This document shows, in pieces, positions 7,295 to 17,583 of a DNA stretch of 61,936 nt. Position numbers and translations under genes: made by a program. Numbering within the stretch: position 1 is the first letter of the stretch; each line of letters opens with the position of its first letter. Origin of the DNA: Ignavibacteriota bacterium (GTDB lineage: Bacteria; Bacteroidota; Ignavibacteria; UBA10030; UBA6906); assembly GCA_003162635.1 (NCBI GenBank), contig PMNE01000030.1, forward strand, positions 23,920-85,855, read 5' to 3'. Under the pieces are notes generated by a model. The model was not told where the DNA came from and searched no databases. It was given only the letters and a program-made list of their open reading frames with translations.

Positions 7295-8971
7295 ATGCAC
7301 ACCATCGGCCTCACTCCCTTTGACTGGCTTATCATCGTCAGTTATTTTGGTTTTGTGATCGGAATCGGCATTTACCTCCGATCCTTCACCCGCAGCCATG
7401 AGGACTTCTTCCTCGCGGGCAGAAAGAACTCCTCCTGGGTTGCGGGACTCGCATTCCTCTCCGCCAACCTGGGCGCGCTGGAACTGCTCGGCATGGCGGG
7501 CAATACATTCAAGTACGGGATGTTCGTCGCTCACTTCTACTGGATCGGCGCCGTTCCGGCGATGCTTTTCCTTGGGATCTACATGATGCCGTTCTACTAC
7601 AGCAGCAAGATCAAGTCGGTCCCCGGTTACCTCAAATTGCGCTTTGATGAGAAGACCCGCGTCCTCAACGGCATCGCGTTTGCCTTCATGACCCTTCTTG
7701 TCTCCGGCATCAATCTCTATGCAATGGCGCTCGTGCTTCACACATTCATCGGCTGGAACTGGGATCTGAGTATGTGGGTCTCCGCCGGGACGGTCGCAGT
7801 CTACGTCACCCTCTCCGGACTTCTGTCTGCCATTTTCACGGAAATCATACAGTTTTTCCTTATATGGTTCGGCCTCTTCCTCGTCGCCATTTTCGGGATG
7901 ATTGAACTTGGTGGCATTGATCAGATCTTCCACCGGGTGAATGAACTCTATACCTCCGTTTCCTACACCACGCTCTGGTCGTCGAGCGGCGACGCCACCC
8001 GGAACGGCATGATGGTCACCTGGTCGGGGATCGTCCTCGGGCTCGGTTTTGTGCTCTCCTTTGGCTACTGGACAACCGACTTTCTCGTTGTCCAGCGTGC
8101 ATTTTCGGCCAAGGACCTCCGGTCCGCGCGCATGACCCCCATCCTGGCGTCATTTTTCAAGATGGCGATACCCTTCATCGTCATCCTGACCGGCCTCATC
8201 GCCATCGTTCTGGCACACGATCCGAAGAGCGGCTTCACTCTTCTCAATGACGGTGGGCAGATCAATTATGATTCCACCCTTCCTCTCCTGATCGTCAGGT
8301 ATTACCCCGCCGGTCTTGTCGGCCTCGGCATCACCGCCCTCCTCGCCGGATTCATGGCGGGGCAGGCGGGGAATGTCAGCGCTTTCAACACCGTCTGGAC
8401 CTATGACATCTACCAGTCCGTCATCAACCGGAATGCTTCAGGGAAGCATCTCCTCTGGATGGGGCGCGTCGCCACCATCGCGGGCATCCTCATCAGCGTC
8501 GGAACTGCCTATTGGGCAAAGAGCTTCCCGAGCATCATGGATTACATGCAGGCGATCTTTTCCTGGGTCAATGCCCCGCTCTTCGCGACAATGCTCCTTG
8601 GCATGTTCGTCTGGTGGATCACGCCGAACGGCGCGTTCTGGGGGTTGGTGGCGGGGATGTGCTCCTCGTTCTTCCTTTACCTCGCCGTGAAGTTCGATTG
8701 GTTTGCGCAGAGCTTGATCACCATGTCGAGCGTCCAAAGCGACATGGCTGCAAACTTCTGGCGCGCCTGGTGGGCGTGGCTGATCTGCGTTCTGGTCACT
8801 GTCGGGGTCAGTCTTCTGACGAAACGCCGGCCGAAGGAGGAACTCGTCGGGCTCGTCAAGGGACTCACTCCGGAGGCCAGCGACCGCGATGTTCCGCTCG
8901 TCAGACGCCCGGCATTCTATGCTGTCATTTCGCTGGCTGTCTTTCTTCTCCTGAATATCATTTTCTGGTAA
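7295..8971 (+). CDS. Sodium:solute symporter family (SSS/SGLT-like) sugar transporter
   Basis: About 13-14 hydrophobic segments. N-terminus DFFLAGRKNSSWVAGLAFLSANLGALELLGMAG is typical of SSS transporters. Lies in an operon with galK/galT. Confidence 0.88.
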   Translation: MHTIGLTPFDWLIIVSYFGFVIGIGIYLRSFTRSHEDFFLAGRKNSSWVAGLAFLSANLGALELLGMAGNTFKYGMFVAHFYWIGAVPAMLFLGIYMMPFYYSSKIKSVPGYLKLRFDEKTRVLNGIAFAFMTLLVSGINLYAMALVLHTFIGWNWDLSMWVSAGTVAVYVTLSGLLSAIFTEIIQFFLIWFGLFLVAIFGMIELGGIDQIFHRVNELYTSVSYTTLWSSSGDATRNGMMVTWSGIVLGLGFVLSFGYWTTDFLVVQRAFSAKDLRSARMTPILASFFKMAIPFIVILTGLIAIVLAHDPKSGFTLLNDGGQINYDSTLPLLIVRYYPAGLVGLGITALLAGFMAGQAGNVSAFNTVWTYDIYQSVINRNASGKHLLWMGRVATIAGILISVGTAYWAKSFPSIMDYMQAIFSWVNAPLFATMLLGMFVWWITPNGAFWGLVAGMCSSFFLYLAVKFDWFAQSLITMSSVQSDMAANFWRAWWAWLICVLVTVGVSLLTKRRPKEELVGLVKGLTPEASDRDVPLVRRPAFYAVISLAVFLLLNIIFW

Positions 8972-8988
8972 CCAAGGAGACTGATACC

Positions 8989-9204
8989 ATGTCCGATCCA
9001 CGCATGAAAACAATCTGGTTCTTCGTAGGGCTGATGCTCCTGCTGATGGGGGCACTCACGTTTCTCGCCGGCATCTACCAGATCTTTGTACCGCCGGCCA
9101 CACATACCATTCTCGCCGAGAGCCATCCGAATGTCTGGTGGGGCGGTCTCATGATGGCATTCGGCGCGATCATGTATCTGGTTGACCGAAAGCAAACCCC
9201 CTGA
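8989..9204 (+). CDS. Small two-TM membrane protein (71 aa), unknown function
   Basis: AAGGAGA RBS at 8974-8980. Sequence MSDPRMKTIWFFVGLMLLLMGALTFLAGIY...WWGGLMMAFGAIMYLV. Fills the transporter-galK gap exactly. Confidence 0.5.
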   Translation: MSDPRMKTIWFFVGLMLLLMGALTFLAGIYQIFVPPATHTILAESHPNVWWGGLMMAFGAIMYLVDRKQTP

Positions 9205-9211
9205 GGATACC

Positions 9212-10378
9212 ATGAGCCTTGTCGAAGCCGTCGCCTCGACATTCGTCAAATTGTTCAAGGAACAACCGCTCCTTGTCCGTTCCCCCGGGAGGGTGAATCT
9301 CATCGGAGAGCATACCGATTACAACATGGGGTACGTCCTACCGGCGGCGCTCGACAAGGCAATCTACTTCGCGATCGCTCCTGCTCCGGGCGGCGAATGC
9401 CGCGTCCATGCTCTGGACGTGAACCAGGAACACCGTTTTTCCCTCGACGCGCTTCACAAGGCACAGAACGGCTGGCCAAACTACGTGATGGGTGTCGTGG
9501 ACCAGCTCATGAAAGCCGGATACCCGGTCGGCGGATTCCACTGCGTTTTCGGCGGGGATATTCCGATCGGGGCCGGACTTTCCTCCTCCGCCGCTCTCGA
9601 AGCGGGCCTTGCATTCGCTCTCAATGAGATCTTCCCCTTGCGCATCGACAGACTGACGCTCGTGAAGCTTGCGCAAAAGGCGGAGAATGAATTTGTCGGC
9701 GTCCAGTGCGGCATTATGGACCAGTTCATCAACATCTTCGGCGCCGAGGGGAAAGCACTCCTGATCGATTGCCGTTCGTTGGAATATGAGGAGCATCCGT
9801 TCGACCCGGGCATCGCTATCGTCCTTTTTGATACGCGTGTATCACATTCCCTGGCCTCTTCGGAGTACAACCGCCGCCGGATGGAGTGCGGCGAAGGCGT
9901 CGCCGCCCTTCGCCGCCGGCATCCGGAAATCTCCTCTCTCCGGGATGTCAGCATGGCTATGCTCGCCGAATCCAAAGACACGCTGGATTCGCGAGTCTAC
10001 AGGCGCTGCAAATACGTCGTCGAGGAAAACGAGCGGGTGATCAAAGCCTGTGAGGCGCTTGAACAAAAGGATATCAGTGCCTTCGGTCGGTATATGTTCC
10101 AAACGCACGAAGGACTGCGTGACGAGTATGAGGTCAGTTGCCCGCAACTCGACGCGTTTGTCGATCTGGTCCGGGAGATGCCGCAGGTCTATGGCGCCCG
10201 CATGATGGGAGGCGGATTCGGGGGGTGCACCGTCAACCTTATCGCGCGCGAGGCGGTCGAGGAGACAACCGCCGAGGTGACCCGGAGGTACAAGGAACGA
10301 TTCACCGCCGGTTCACGGACATATGTCACGCACATCAGTCGGGGAACGGCAATCGTTCCCGGTCCCCGGGCGGCATGA
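9212..10378 (+). CDS. galK: Galactokinase
   Basis: Signature GRVNLIGEHTDYN and GHMP-kinase motif PIGAGLSSSAALE. GAGGA RBS. Confidence 0.9.
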   Translation: MSLVEAVASTFVKLFKEQPLLVRSPGRVNLIGEHTDYNMGYVLPAALDKAIYFAIAPAPGGECRVHALDVNQEHRFSLDALHKAQNGWPNYVMGVVDQLMKAGYPVGGFHCVFGGDIPIGAGLSSSAALEAGLAFALNEIFPLRIDRLTLVKLAQKAENEFVGVQCGIMDQFINIFGAEGKALLIDCRSLEYEEHPFDPGIAIVLFDTRVSHSLASSEYNRRRMECGEGVAALRRRHPEISSLRDVSMAMLAESKDTLDSRVYRRCKYVVEENERVIKACEALEQKDISAFGRYMFQTHEGLRDEYEVSCPQLDAFVDLVREMPQVYGARMMGGGFGGCTVNLIAREAVEETTAEVTRRYKERFTAGSRTYVTHISRGTAIVPGPRAA

Positions 10379-10429
10379 TTCCCGGAAGCATTTCCCCGGC
10401 AGTGGAACCACCATGACGAAACACATGCC

Positions 10430-11467
10430 ATGTCGCTGATAGAACATCCCCACCGACGGCATAATCCGTTGACCGACGAATGGATCCTTGTCTCCCCGCA
10501 CCGAACGCAGCGTCCCTGGCAAGGGAAAACGGAAGCCCCCCCTCCGCCATCGAGCCCGCCGCACGACCCGGCGTGCTACCTCTGCCCGGGGAATGTCCGG
10601 GCGGGAGGTCAACGCAATCCTCCGTACCTTCATACATTTTCATTTACCAACGATTTCCCCGCACTCCTGCCGCACGCGCCGGAGGCGGAGCACCATTCGC
10701 ACGGCCTCTTCACCAGCGAGAGCGTTGAAGGCACCTGTCATGTGCTCTGTTTTTCCCCCCGTCACGATCTTTGCCTGTCGAGACTCTCCACCGAAGACAT
10801 CCGCGGGGTGGTCGACCTCTGGGGGGAAGAAACGGAGACGCTGGGGAAGCAGTATCCGTGGGTGCAAATCTTTGAAAACAAGGGAGAGATCATGGGATGC
10901 TCCAACCCGCATCCCCACGGACAGGTATGGGCGGGCACCGCGATTCCTCATATTCCACAACGGGAACACGATTGCCAGCAACGGTATGCGGCAGCTCATT
11001 CTTCGCTCCTGCTTCTCGACTACCTTGAAGAAGAGCGCGGACGCCGGGAACGCTTGATCGTACAGAACGAACACTGGACGGCTCTTGTCCCGTACTGGGC
11101 GGTGTGGCCGTACGAAGTTCTTCTTCTCCCGCATCAACACGTTCTCCGCATCTTCGACCTCGACGACACGCAGCGCGACGCACTTGCAGCACTCTTGAAA
11201 CAGGTCATGACACGGCTGGATAACCTCTTCGAAACCCCCTTCCCCTACACCATGGGCTGGCACGGTGCCCCTTTCCACACGGGGCGTGACGCCGCGTGGC
11301 AGCTTCATGCGCACATTTACCCGCCGCTCCTCCGTTCTGCCACCATCAGAAAATTCATGGTCGGATACGAGATGCTCGCGGAACCCCAGCGCGACATTAC
11401 AGCCGAGTCGGCAGCCGGACGCCTGCGCGAGCTGTCGGACATTCACTATGCACAGAAGAACCCCTGA
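10430..11467 (+). CDS. galT: Galactose-1-phosphate uridylyltransferase
   Basis: N-terminus HPHRRHNPLTDEWILVSPHRTQRPWQG and active-site NPHPHGQ. Confidence 0.9.
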   Translation: MSLIEHPHRRHNPLTDEWILVSPHRTQRPWQGKTEAPPPPSSPPHDPACYLCPGNVRAGGQRNPPYLHTFSFTNDFPALLPHAPEAEHHSHGLFTSESVEGTCHVLCFSPRHDLCLSRLSTEDIRGVVDLWGEETETLGKQYPWVQIFENKGEIMGCSNPHPHGQVWAGTAIPHIPQREHDCQQRYAAAHSSLLLLDYLEEERGRRERLIVQNEHWTALVPYWAVWPYEVLLLPHQHVLRIFDLDDTQRDALAALLKQVMTRLDNLFETPFPYTMGWHGAPFHTGRDAAWQLHAHIYPPLLRSATIRKFMVGYEMLAEPQRDITAESAAGRLRELSDIHYAQKNP

Positions 11468-11673
11468 CCTGAGGTCCGGTCTCACAGCGGACGTCAGAGG
11501 ATTGGCAATGGACAACAACAAGCACGGCCTCGTTGCGGCAATCTGCACCAACAGGGGAGTGGGAAAAAGGGGCTTGCCATTGTCCTCGAACTCCCCGAAA
11601 TTGCGGGGGAGGATTCGAAATCCCGTCCCGATAGGCAAACCAACGTCGCGCAGAGAATCCCGCTGAATCTTCG

Positions 11674-12567
11674 ATGACCAACATCGAGAAAGAAAGGGCG
11701 CACCACAGCGAGAAGAACAGGGTCGCCATGACCTCTGTCGCCGCTGCGGTCTTCCTCACGGTGTCGAAGTCCATCATCGGTCTCCTCACCGGAAGTCTCG
11801 GCATTCTTTCGGAAGCGCTTCATTCCGGCCTGGATCTCATTGCGGCGGTCATGACCCTCCTGGCAGTGCGATCCTCCGCTCGCCCACCGGACAGCGACCA
11901 CCACTACGGGCACGGCAAAGTCGAAAATCTCTCTGCGCTCGGCGAAACGATTCTCCTGCTCATCACATGCGGATGGATCGTCTATGAGGCATGCTCCCGC
12001 CTCCTGGGGGGACGGACGATGATCGAGGTGAATGTCTGGAGTTTCGTCGTTGTTGTCACATCCGTCGTGATCGATTTTTCCCGTTCACGGGCCCTGTCCC
12101 GGGTGGCCAAAAGAACCGGCAGTCAGGCCCTGGAGGCGGACGCGCTTCACTTCTCGACGGATATCTGGAGTTCTTCTGTTGTCCTTCTCGGCCTTGCATG
12201 CGCAAAACTCGGCTACAACACAGCCGACCCGATTGCCGCCCTCATCGTCGCTGTGATCGTCGTGAGTGTTTCCTACCGCCTCGGAAAGAGGTCGATCGAT
12301 GTGCTTCTCGACAGAGCTCCGCTGAGCATGCGGGAGAGCGTCCGGGCAAAGGCACTGGAGGTTTCCGGCGTCCGCGCGGTGCATGATATCAAGGTGCGGA
12401 CGGCGGGAGCGGAGACATTTGTCGAAGTCAGTATCCATCTCGACCGCACTCTCACTCTCGAATCAGCGCACGAACTTGCGCACGCAGTTGCGCGGAAGGT
12501 CGAATCGCTGGGCAGGCACTGGTCGGTTCTCGTTCACACCGAACCGCATACCGCAAACCATACCTGA
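11674..12567 (+). CDS. Cation diffusion facilitator (CDF) family metal efflux transporter
   Basis: Motifs SEALHSGLDLIAAV and DHHYGHGKVE; six TM segments plus a C-terminal cytoplasmic domain. Confidence 0.85.
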   Translation: MTNIEKERAHHSEKNRVAMTSVAAAVFLTVSKSIIGLLTGSLGILSEALHSGLDLIAAVMTLLAVRSSARPPDSDHHYGHGKVENLSALGETILLLITCGWIVYEACSRLLGGRTMIEVNVWSFVVVVTSVVIDFSRSRALSRVAKRTGSQALEADALHFSTDIWSSSVVLLGLACAKLGYNTADPIAALIVAVIVVSVSYRLGKRSIDVLLDRAPLSMRESVRAKALEVSGVRAVHDIKVRTAGAETFVEVSIHLDRTLTLESAHELAHAVARKVESLGRHWSVLVHTEPHTANHT

Positions 12568-12607
12568 CAATCTTCCGCGCCGACGTTCGCTCCCCGAATT
12601 CCCTCTA

Positions 12608-13876
12608 TCACCGTTCGAAGCTATCAAATCGCACTTTGAGCAGTTCCTTGGTTTTCCACGACACCCATGCAACGATAACGAGCGTCATGGTTCCGCCGAA
12701 CACTGCCGACGGGACCACCCCCATCAATTTTGCGGCAACTCCCGACTCAAATGCGCCAAGTTCATTGGACGAGGAAAGGAAGATCCCGTTCACGGCCATC
12801 ACGCGGCCGCGCATGGGATCCGGTGTTCTCAACTGGAGGAGCGTTTGACGGATAACGACGCTGATGCTGTCGAAGGCTCCGCTCATGAAGAGAGCCGCGA
12901 CAGAGAGTCCCATCCACGGGGAGAACGCAAAGACAAGGATGGACACGCCGAAGCCCGTCACCGCAATAAGGAGGTTTCGCCACGCATGTCGAAGCGGTGA
13001 GAGCCGGGCAAGAACGATCAGCGTCAGTACCGCCCCCGCTGAAGGGGCCGAGCGCAGGATTCCAAGGCCCTCCGCCCCCACATGAAGGATATCCTGCGCA
13101 TAAATAGGCAGGATGGCCACAACGCCGCCAAAAAGCACCGAGAACAAGTCGAGCGAGATCGCGTAAAGAATGGGTTTCGCCGACCAGACAAACCGAATCC
13201 CCTCCTTGACGCTCGCCAGGAGAGGCGTCTGCTCCGCCTTGAGACTCATTCCCCGGTCGCCGACCCGCGAAAAGAGCACTGCAGCGATGGCAAGCAGGGC
13301 GGCAACAACCAGCAGGGCATCGGAAAATCCCATCCAGGCAAACAGAAAGCCCCCGAGCGCCGGCCCGACGATCGCACCCGCCTGCCATGACGAACTGCTC
13401 CATGTGGCCGCATTTTCGTACACGGTAATGGGGACGAGAAAGGCCCGGAGGGAGGAACCCGCAGGGGACTGGAACGCACGGCAGACGCCGATCAGGAAGA
13501 TCGTCGCGTACACCACGCCCACGAACACCGGGGTCGAGACCATGCCGCTCTCCACCCACCTCGCGGCGAAATGGAGCACGATGGCGCCGAAAGTGATGAC
13601 CCATGTGCTCCACAGGATGATCCGCCTCTTGCTCTTCCGGTCGGCGACGTGGCCGCCATACAGCGAGAGACCGATGAACGGTATGGCTTCGACGAGGCCG
13701 ACGAAGCCGAGAGCCAGGGGATCGCGCGTCAGAAGATACAGCTCATACCCCAGCGCAACTTCCTGGATCAGCAGGGCGACGGTGAAAAGAAAGGAGGCAA
13801 AAATATAGTGGCGGTACTCGGGATATCGTAGTGCTGCATACGGGTCGAGTGCCCGTTGAACAATGGGGTCTGTCAT
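12608..13876 (-). CDS. MFS transporter
   Basis: About 12 TM segments with an MFS-like loop GGHVADRKSKRR between TM2 and TM3. Confidence 0.8.
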   Translation of the reverse strand: MTDPIVQRALDPYAALRYPEYRHYIFASFLFTVALLIQEVALGYELYLLTRDPLALGFVGLVEAIPFIGLSLYGGHVADRKSKRRIILWSTWVITFGAIVLHFAARWVESGMVSTPVFVGVVYATIFLIGVCRAFQSPAGSSLRAFLVPITVYENAATWSSSSWQAGAIVGPALGGFLFAWMGFSDALLVVAALLAIAAVLFSRVGDRGMSLKAEQTPLLASVKEGIRFVWSAKPILYAISLDLFSVLFGGVVAILPIYAQDILHVGAEGLGILRSAPSAGAVLTLIVLARLSPLRHAWRNLLIAVTGFGVSILVFAFSPWMGLSVAALFMSGAFDSISVVIRQTLLQLRTPDPMRGRVMAVNGIFLSSSNELGAFESGVAAKLMGVVPSAVFGGTMTLVIVAWVSWKTKELLKVRFDSFER

Positions 13877-13976
13877 CCCGCTCTGTCAGTTTCTTCGAAC
13901 AAATTACGGAATTCTCCGTTGAATTGCCCCACGGTCTGCTCAGGTGAATGACGGGTGAACACATGACCCCAGCCGC

Positions 13977-14012
13977 GCAAAAAAAGAAACCCCCGGCACG
14001 CAGTGCCGGGGG
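13977..14012 (-). terminator. Intrinsic terminator after the T9SS cargo gene
   Basis: CCCCCGGCAC (13990-13999) / GTGCCGGGGG (14003-14012). The minus-strand transcript continues UUUCUUUUUUU. Confidence 0.7.
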
Positions 14013-14051
14013 CTGGGTTTCCATCACTCTCGCGGGGAACCGGGACAGAGA

Positions 14052-16310
14052 CTACTTCACGAGAATCATCCTCTTCAATGAGGTCTTGTCGCCGTTTGTC
14101 AGCCTGCAAAAGTACGCGCCGCTTGGTTTGTTGCTCCCGTCGAAGATGACGGTGTATTGCGTACCAGGTTGGGCGACACCAGAAAACAGTGATGCAACCT
14201 CCTGCCCGGAGACATTATAGACCTTGAGGGTCGTGTAACGGGCATCCTCGACGGAGAACATGATGCGCGTCGAAGGATTGAACGGGTTCGGGTAGTTCTG
14301 GTGAAGTGCGAATGCCACGGGAGTCTTGTCATCTCCAACTCCCGTCGTCGCCGCCACATTGACTTCCTTCGCCTCGGTCAGATGCACAGCGCCGTCCAGA
14401 TCGATTTGTCGCAGCCGATAATAATACACACCAGTCGGAACGTTTTTGTCGGACCATGAGTACACATTCCGATTCACCGTCGTCCCATTGCCGGGTTTGA
14501 AGCTCTCCGGAAGGTCCACAAAGCCATCCGTCGGGGTCGCGCTTCTTTGAACAAAGAACCCATAATTCCGGATTTCAGAGACGGTAACCCATGACAGCAG
14601 TACCCCATTCTCTCCCGGGTCAAGGGTGCAACTGAACGAGGCGAGTTGAATGGGGAGCGCTCCATTGTCCTGGGCGATCATCCAGTTGGAGAACCCTGTC
14701 AGGCCCGACTGTTGAACAAAGTTATTGACGGTATCCGGAGGGCCGGAGAGGAGAACGTTAAACCAACCGCTCCCGTCGTTTTTCCACATCGTGTAGTGCG
14801 ATTCGTCGCCCCGCACCTCGGATTGCGCGTAGGGAAGGCGCATGGTGTACAGGAATCCAGTTCCAATTCCTGCGGCGGAAATCGCATAGTACCGTTTCGC
14901 CGAAATGGCCGTATCGGTCGGCGACGGAAGGTTGGGAGGATTGATCCCGGGATACACCGTTGCGGTGATCGCCGAAGGGTTCCCCGTGCCGCCGGGTATC
15001 ACAAAAGCGTTTGCATTGAAAAAGTTGTACGTTCCGGTTCCTGCCGGAGCGATCGCGCGCGTGACAGTTCCCGTAATTGAATTCGAGCCAAGCACCAACG
15101 CACCCGGATCCGTAGAGTTGATCCTCAGGGCAAATGCGCCGGTGGCAATGTTTCCCGCACTGAGTGTCAGCGTGCTCCCGGAGGCGATGGCCACGTCTCC
15201 CGTGAGTCTGAACCCGGCCGAATCGTTCATCACCACGGATCCGAACGTCGAAGCGCCGATGTTCTGGTTCGAGGTCCCATTGAAGAGTATCGTGCTTGTT
15301 CCGTAGTTGAATGTGCCGTTGTTGGTCCATGAACCGCCCACGGAGTGCGTCAGGCCGCTCCCCCCATTGAATGTGGAACCGGCGCTAATGGTGACATTGC
15401 GCTGGATGGTGAAATTGCTGAGCGCGGTCATTGACCCGTTCACGACAAGATCATAAAAGAACTGTGACTGCGGCGAACCGCCGACCACAGTGCCGTTGAA
15501 TGTCGTCGTGGGCTCGTGTCCGAAACCGGGCGTCACGCTGGAAAGATATGTACCGTAGTTCAGCCATTGCGCACCGTTGACCACGACCACCGTGATTCCC
15601 ACGGAGGCATCGAGCGTCCCATAAATCACCACATTCCCGTCGAAAAAGATGTAGAGGATGTCGGTGGAGACGTCGAACGTCACGCCGGTGGCAACGGTGA
15701 GCGTTCCTTCGCTTCTGAATGTCGTATCGGTGGGGATCGGTGCCACTTGCTTCGTACCGCTTCCTCCGAGAGTCAGGTTGCCGAAGACGATCCCCGACTG
15801 AACAGTCTGGTTGGCCGAGGCAGTGTATTCAAATGTGCTGGTCGGGGAAAGCGAATACACATCGAAGACCGGGGTTGGTGCGCTCCCGCTGATGGTCACT
15901 TTCCCGGCGCTCCCGACAACGAGCGTGCGTGTTCCTGTCCCGGACTTTCGAAGCGTGCCACTCCCGCTCAATATCAATGTGCCATTAATCGTCGCAGTTC
16001 CGGGATTGGCGTTGACCGTCAGGTTTCCCGAGCCGGTGAGAGCCACCGTAGAGCCTGCGTCGATGGTCAAGAGGGCACATGCATCACTCGTGCCGGAGAG
16101 GGAAACCGTGAAACCCCCTGTGACAAGGACAGTATCGTTTGCGTCGGGGATCCCGTCGGAATCGGATCCCGCCAGCATCGTCCACGTTGAGGCGCTTTCC
16201 CAAGCCCCGTTTGCCTTGCTCATGAATTTCGCCTGCGCTTGGGCTGACGAATGAGCGAACACAAGGAGGGAAGCGAACATCACCACGAACATCGTTTTTG
16301 CCTGGTTCAT
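14052..16310 (-). CDS. Secreted beta-helix-like repeat protein with T9SS (Por) C-terminal sorting domain
   Basis: Signal peptide MNQAKTMFVVMFASLLVFAHSSAQA. Long G/T/S/N-rich repeats. C-terminus LHQNYPNPFNPSTRIMF...SGAYFCRL...KRMILVK matches the type-A T9SS CTD pattern. ATG at 16310 (the track start at 16322 is TTG). Confidence 0.8.
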   Translation of the reverse strand: MNQAKTMFVVMFASLLVFAHSSAQAQAKFMSKANGAWESASTWTMLAGSDSDGIPDANDTVLVTGGFTVSLSGTSDACALLTIDAGSTVALTGSGNLTVNANPGTATINGTLILSGSGTLRKSGTGTRTLVVGSAGKVTISGSAPTPVFDVYSLSPTSTFEYTASANQTVQSGIVFGNLTLGGSGTKQVAPIPTDTTFRSEGTLTVATGVTFDVSTDILYIFFDGNVVIYGTLDASVGITVVVVNGAQWLNYGTYLSSVTPGFGHEPTTTFNGTVVGGSPQSQFFYDLVVNGSMTALSNFTIQRNVTISAGSTFNGGSGLTHSVGGSWTNNGTFNYGTSTILFNGTSNQNIGASTFGSVVMNDSAGFRLTGDVAIASGSTLTLSAGNIATGAFALRINSTDPGALVLGSNSITGTVTRAIAPAGTGTYNFFNANAFVIPGGTGNPSAITATVYPGINPPNLPSPTDTAISAKRYYAISAAGIGTGFLYTMRLPYAQSEVRGDESHYTMWKNDGSGWFNVLLSGPPDTVNNFVQQSGLTGFSNWMIAQDNGALPIQLASFSCTLDPGENGVLLSWVTVSEIRNYGFFVQRSATPTDGFVDLPESFKPGNGTTVNRNVYSWSDKNVPTGVYYYRLRQIDLDGAVHLTEAKEVNVAATTGVGDDKTPVAFALHQNYPNPFNPSTRIMFSVEDARYTTLKVYNVSGQEVASLFSGVAQPGTQYTVIFDGSNKPSGAYFCRLTNGDKTSLKRMILVK

Positions 16311-16626
16311 ATCTGACCTCAACTTTAGTGGATAACGTTTTCCCCTACGCCAACATACCCATCACACAACATCAGTAACTGCATAACCAGGGATCTCACT
16401 TGATCCGTGTCAAAATATAGCAAGAACACAAGGGAAATAATGTGACTTACGTCAAACAGGCAATGAGGCATGAAAAAGAGCGTAGAGATATATACAAAAC
16501 CGGAATGAATTTGTAGAATTTTCCGGCAAAATCCAATGGGTGCGGAGAATTTCCCGGTCAAGAGAGGGGAGAACAGGAGATTGAATCACTCCTCCTTTTT
16601 GATAAGATTGAGGGAGGAGGCACCCC

Positions 16627-17583
16627 ATGCGTATTGTCGTTTTGGACGGCCGGACCTTAAACCGTGGCGATTTGAGCTGGGAGGATCTGGCAAAACTCGG
16701 TGATCTTGAGGTGTTTGAGCGAACCTCCCCTGAGGAGATTGTTCGCCGCGGACAAGACGCGGAAATTATACTCACGAACAAGACGCCGCTCAACAGGAAT
16801 GTGATCGCCGACATGCCGCGGCTGCAATACATCGGCGTCATGGCAACGGGGTACAACGTCGTTGACACAGTGGCAGCCCGGGAACGCGGCATTGCCGTTA
16901 CCAACGTCCCCGCCTACAGCACCATGTCGGTGGTCCAGCTCGTGTTTGCCCACCTTTTCAACCTTGCGCACCATATCACGCACCATACGGAGGCGGTGAG
17001 AAACGGGCGCTGGACATCTTCGATGGATTTCTCCTTCTGGGACTACCCGCTCGTGGAGTTGGCGGGGAGGACGATGGGTATTGTCGGCTTCGGACGGATT
17101 GGGAGTGCTGTGGCCACCGCTGCTTCATCATTTGGGATGAGAATCGTAGCCTACAACGGGAACCGAATCCCCGCAATGCCGGCAGCCATCAGCTTCATCG
17201 CGCTCGATGAACTTTTCAGCGAAAGCGATGTCGTAACGCTCCACTCCCCGCTCACACCGGAAACCAGAGAGATGGTCAACTCGTACCGTCTCTCCCTCAT
17301 GAAGCCAACGGCCTTCCTCATCAATACCGGCAGAGGTCAGCTCGTCGACGAGCAGGCCCTTGCCAATGCGTTGAACGCCGGAAGGATCGCAGGGGCCGGG
17401 CTTGACGTCCTTTCCCAGGAGCCACCCCTGCCGGACAATCCGCTCCCCGGCGCGCGCAACTGTTTCATCACGCCGCACTTTGCCTGGGCAACGACTGCTG
17501 CAAGGAAGAGACTGATGCACGAGGTGACGGAAAACGTCCGTTCATTCCTTCAGGGAAGACCGAGGAACGTTGTCAACGGATGA
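16627..17583 (+). CDS. D-isomer-specific 2-hydroxyacid dehydrogenase (glycerate/hydroxypyruvate reductase-like)
   Basis: NAD-binding GIVGFGRIG; catalytic region LINTGRGQLVDE...TPHFAW. Confidence 0.85.
   Translation: MRIVVLDGRTLNRGDLSWEDLAKLGDLEVFERTSPEEIVRRGQDAEIILTNKTPLNRNVIADMPRLQYIGVMATGYNVVDTVAARERGIAVTNVPAYSTMSVVQLVFAHLFNLAHHITHHTEAVRNGRWTSSMDFSFWDYPLVELAGRTMGIVGFGRIGSAVATAASSFGMRIVAYNGNRIPAMPAAISFIALDELFSESDVVTLHSPLTPETREMVNSYRLSLMKPTAFLINTGRGQLVDEQALANALNAGRIAGAGLDVLSQEPPLPDNPLPGARNCFITPHFAWATTAARKRLMHEVTENVRSFLQGRPRNVVNG

Noticed and set aside
11607-11629. tRNA-like T-arm (GGGAGGATTCGAAATCCCGTCCC)
   Set aside because: No acceptor, D or anticodon arms can be built on either strand, and the loop length is wrong.
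11468-11673. A metal riboswitch (yybP-ykoY or czcD/NiCo type) in the 206-nt region upstream of the CDF transporter
   Set aside because: A GGGGAGUGGG stretch resembles the yybP-ykoY L1 sequence, but it is in the wrong position relative to the only closing helix I can draw. I cannot reproduce either consensus from memory with confidence. A covariance-model scan is needed.
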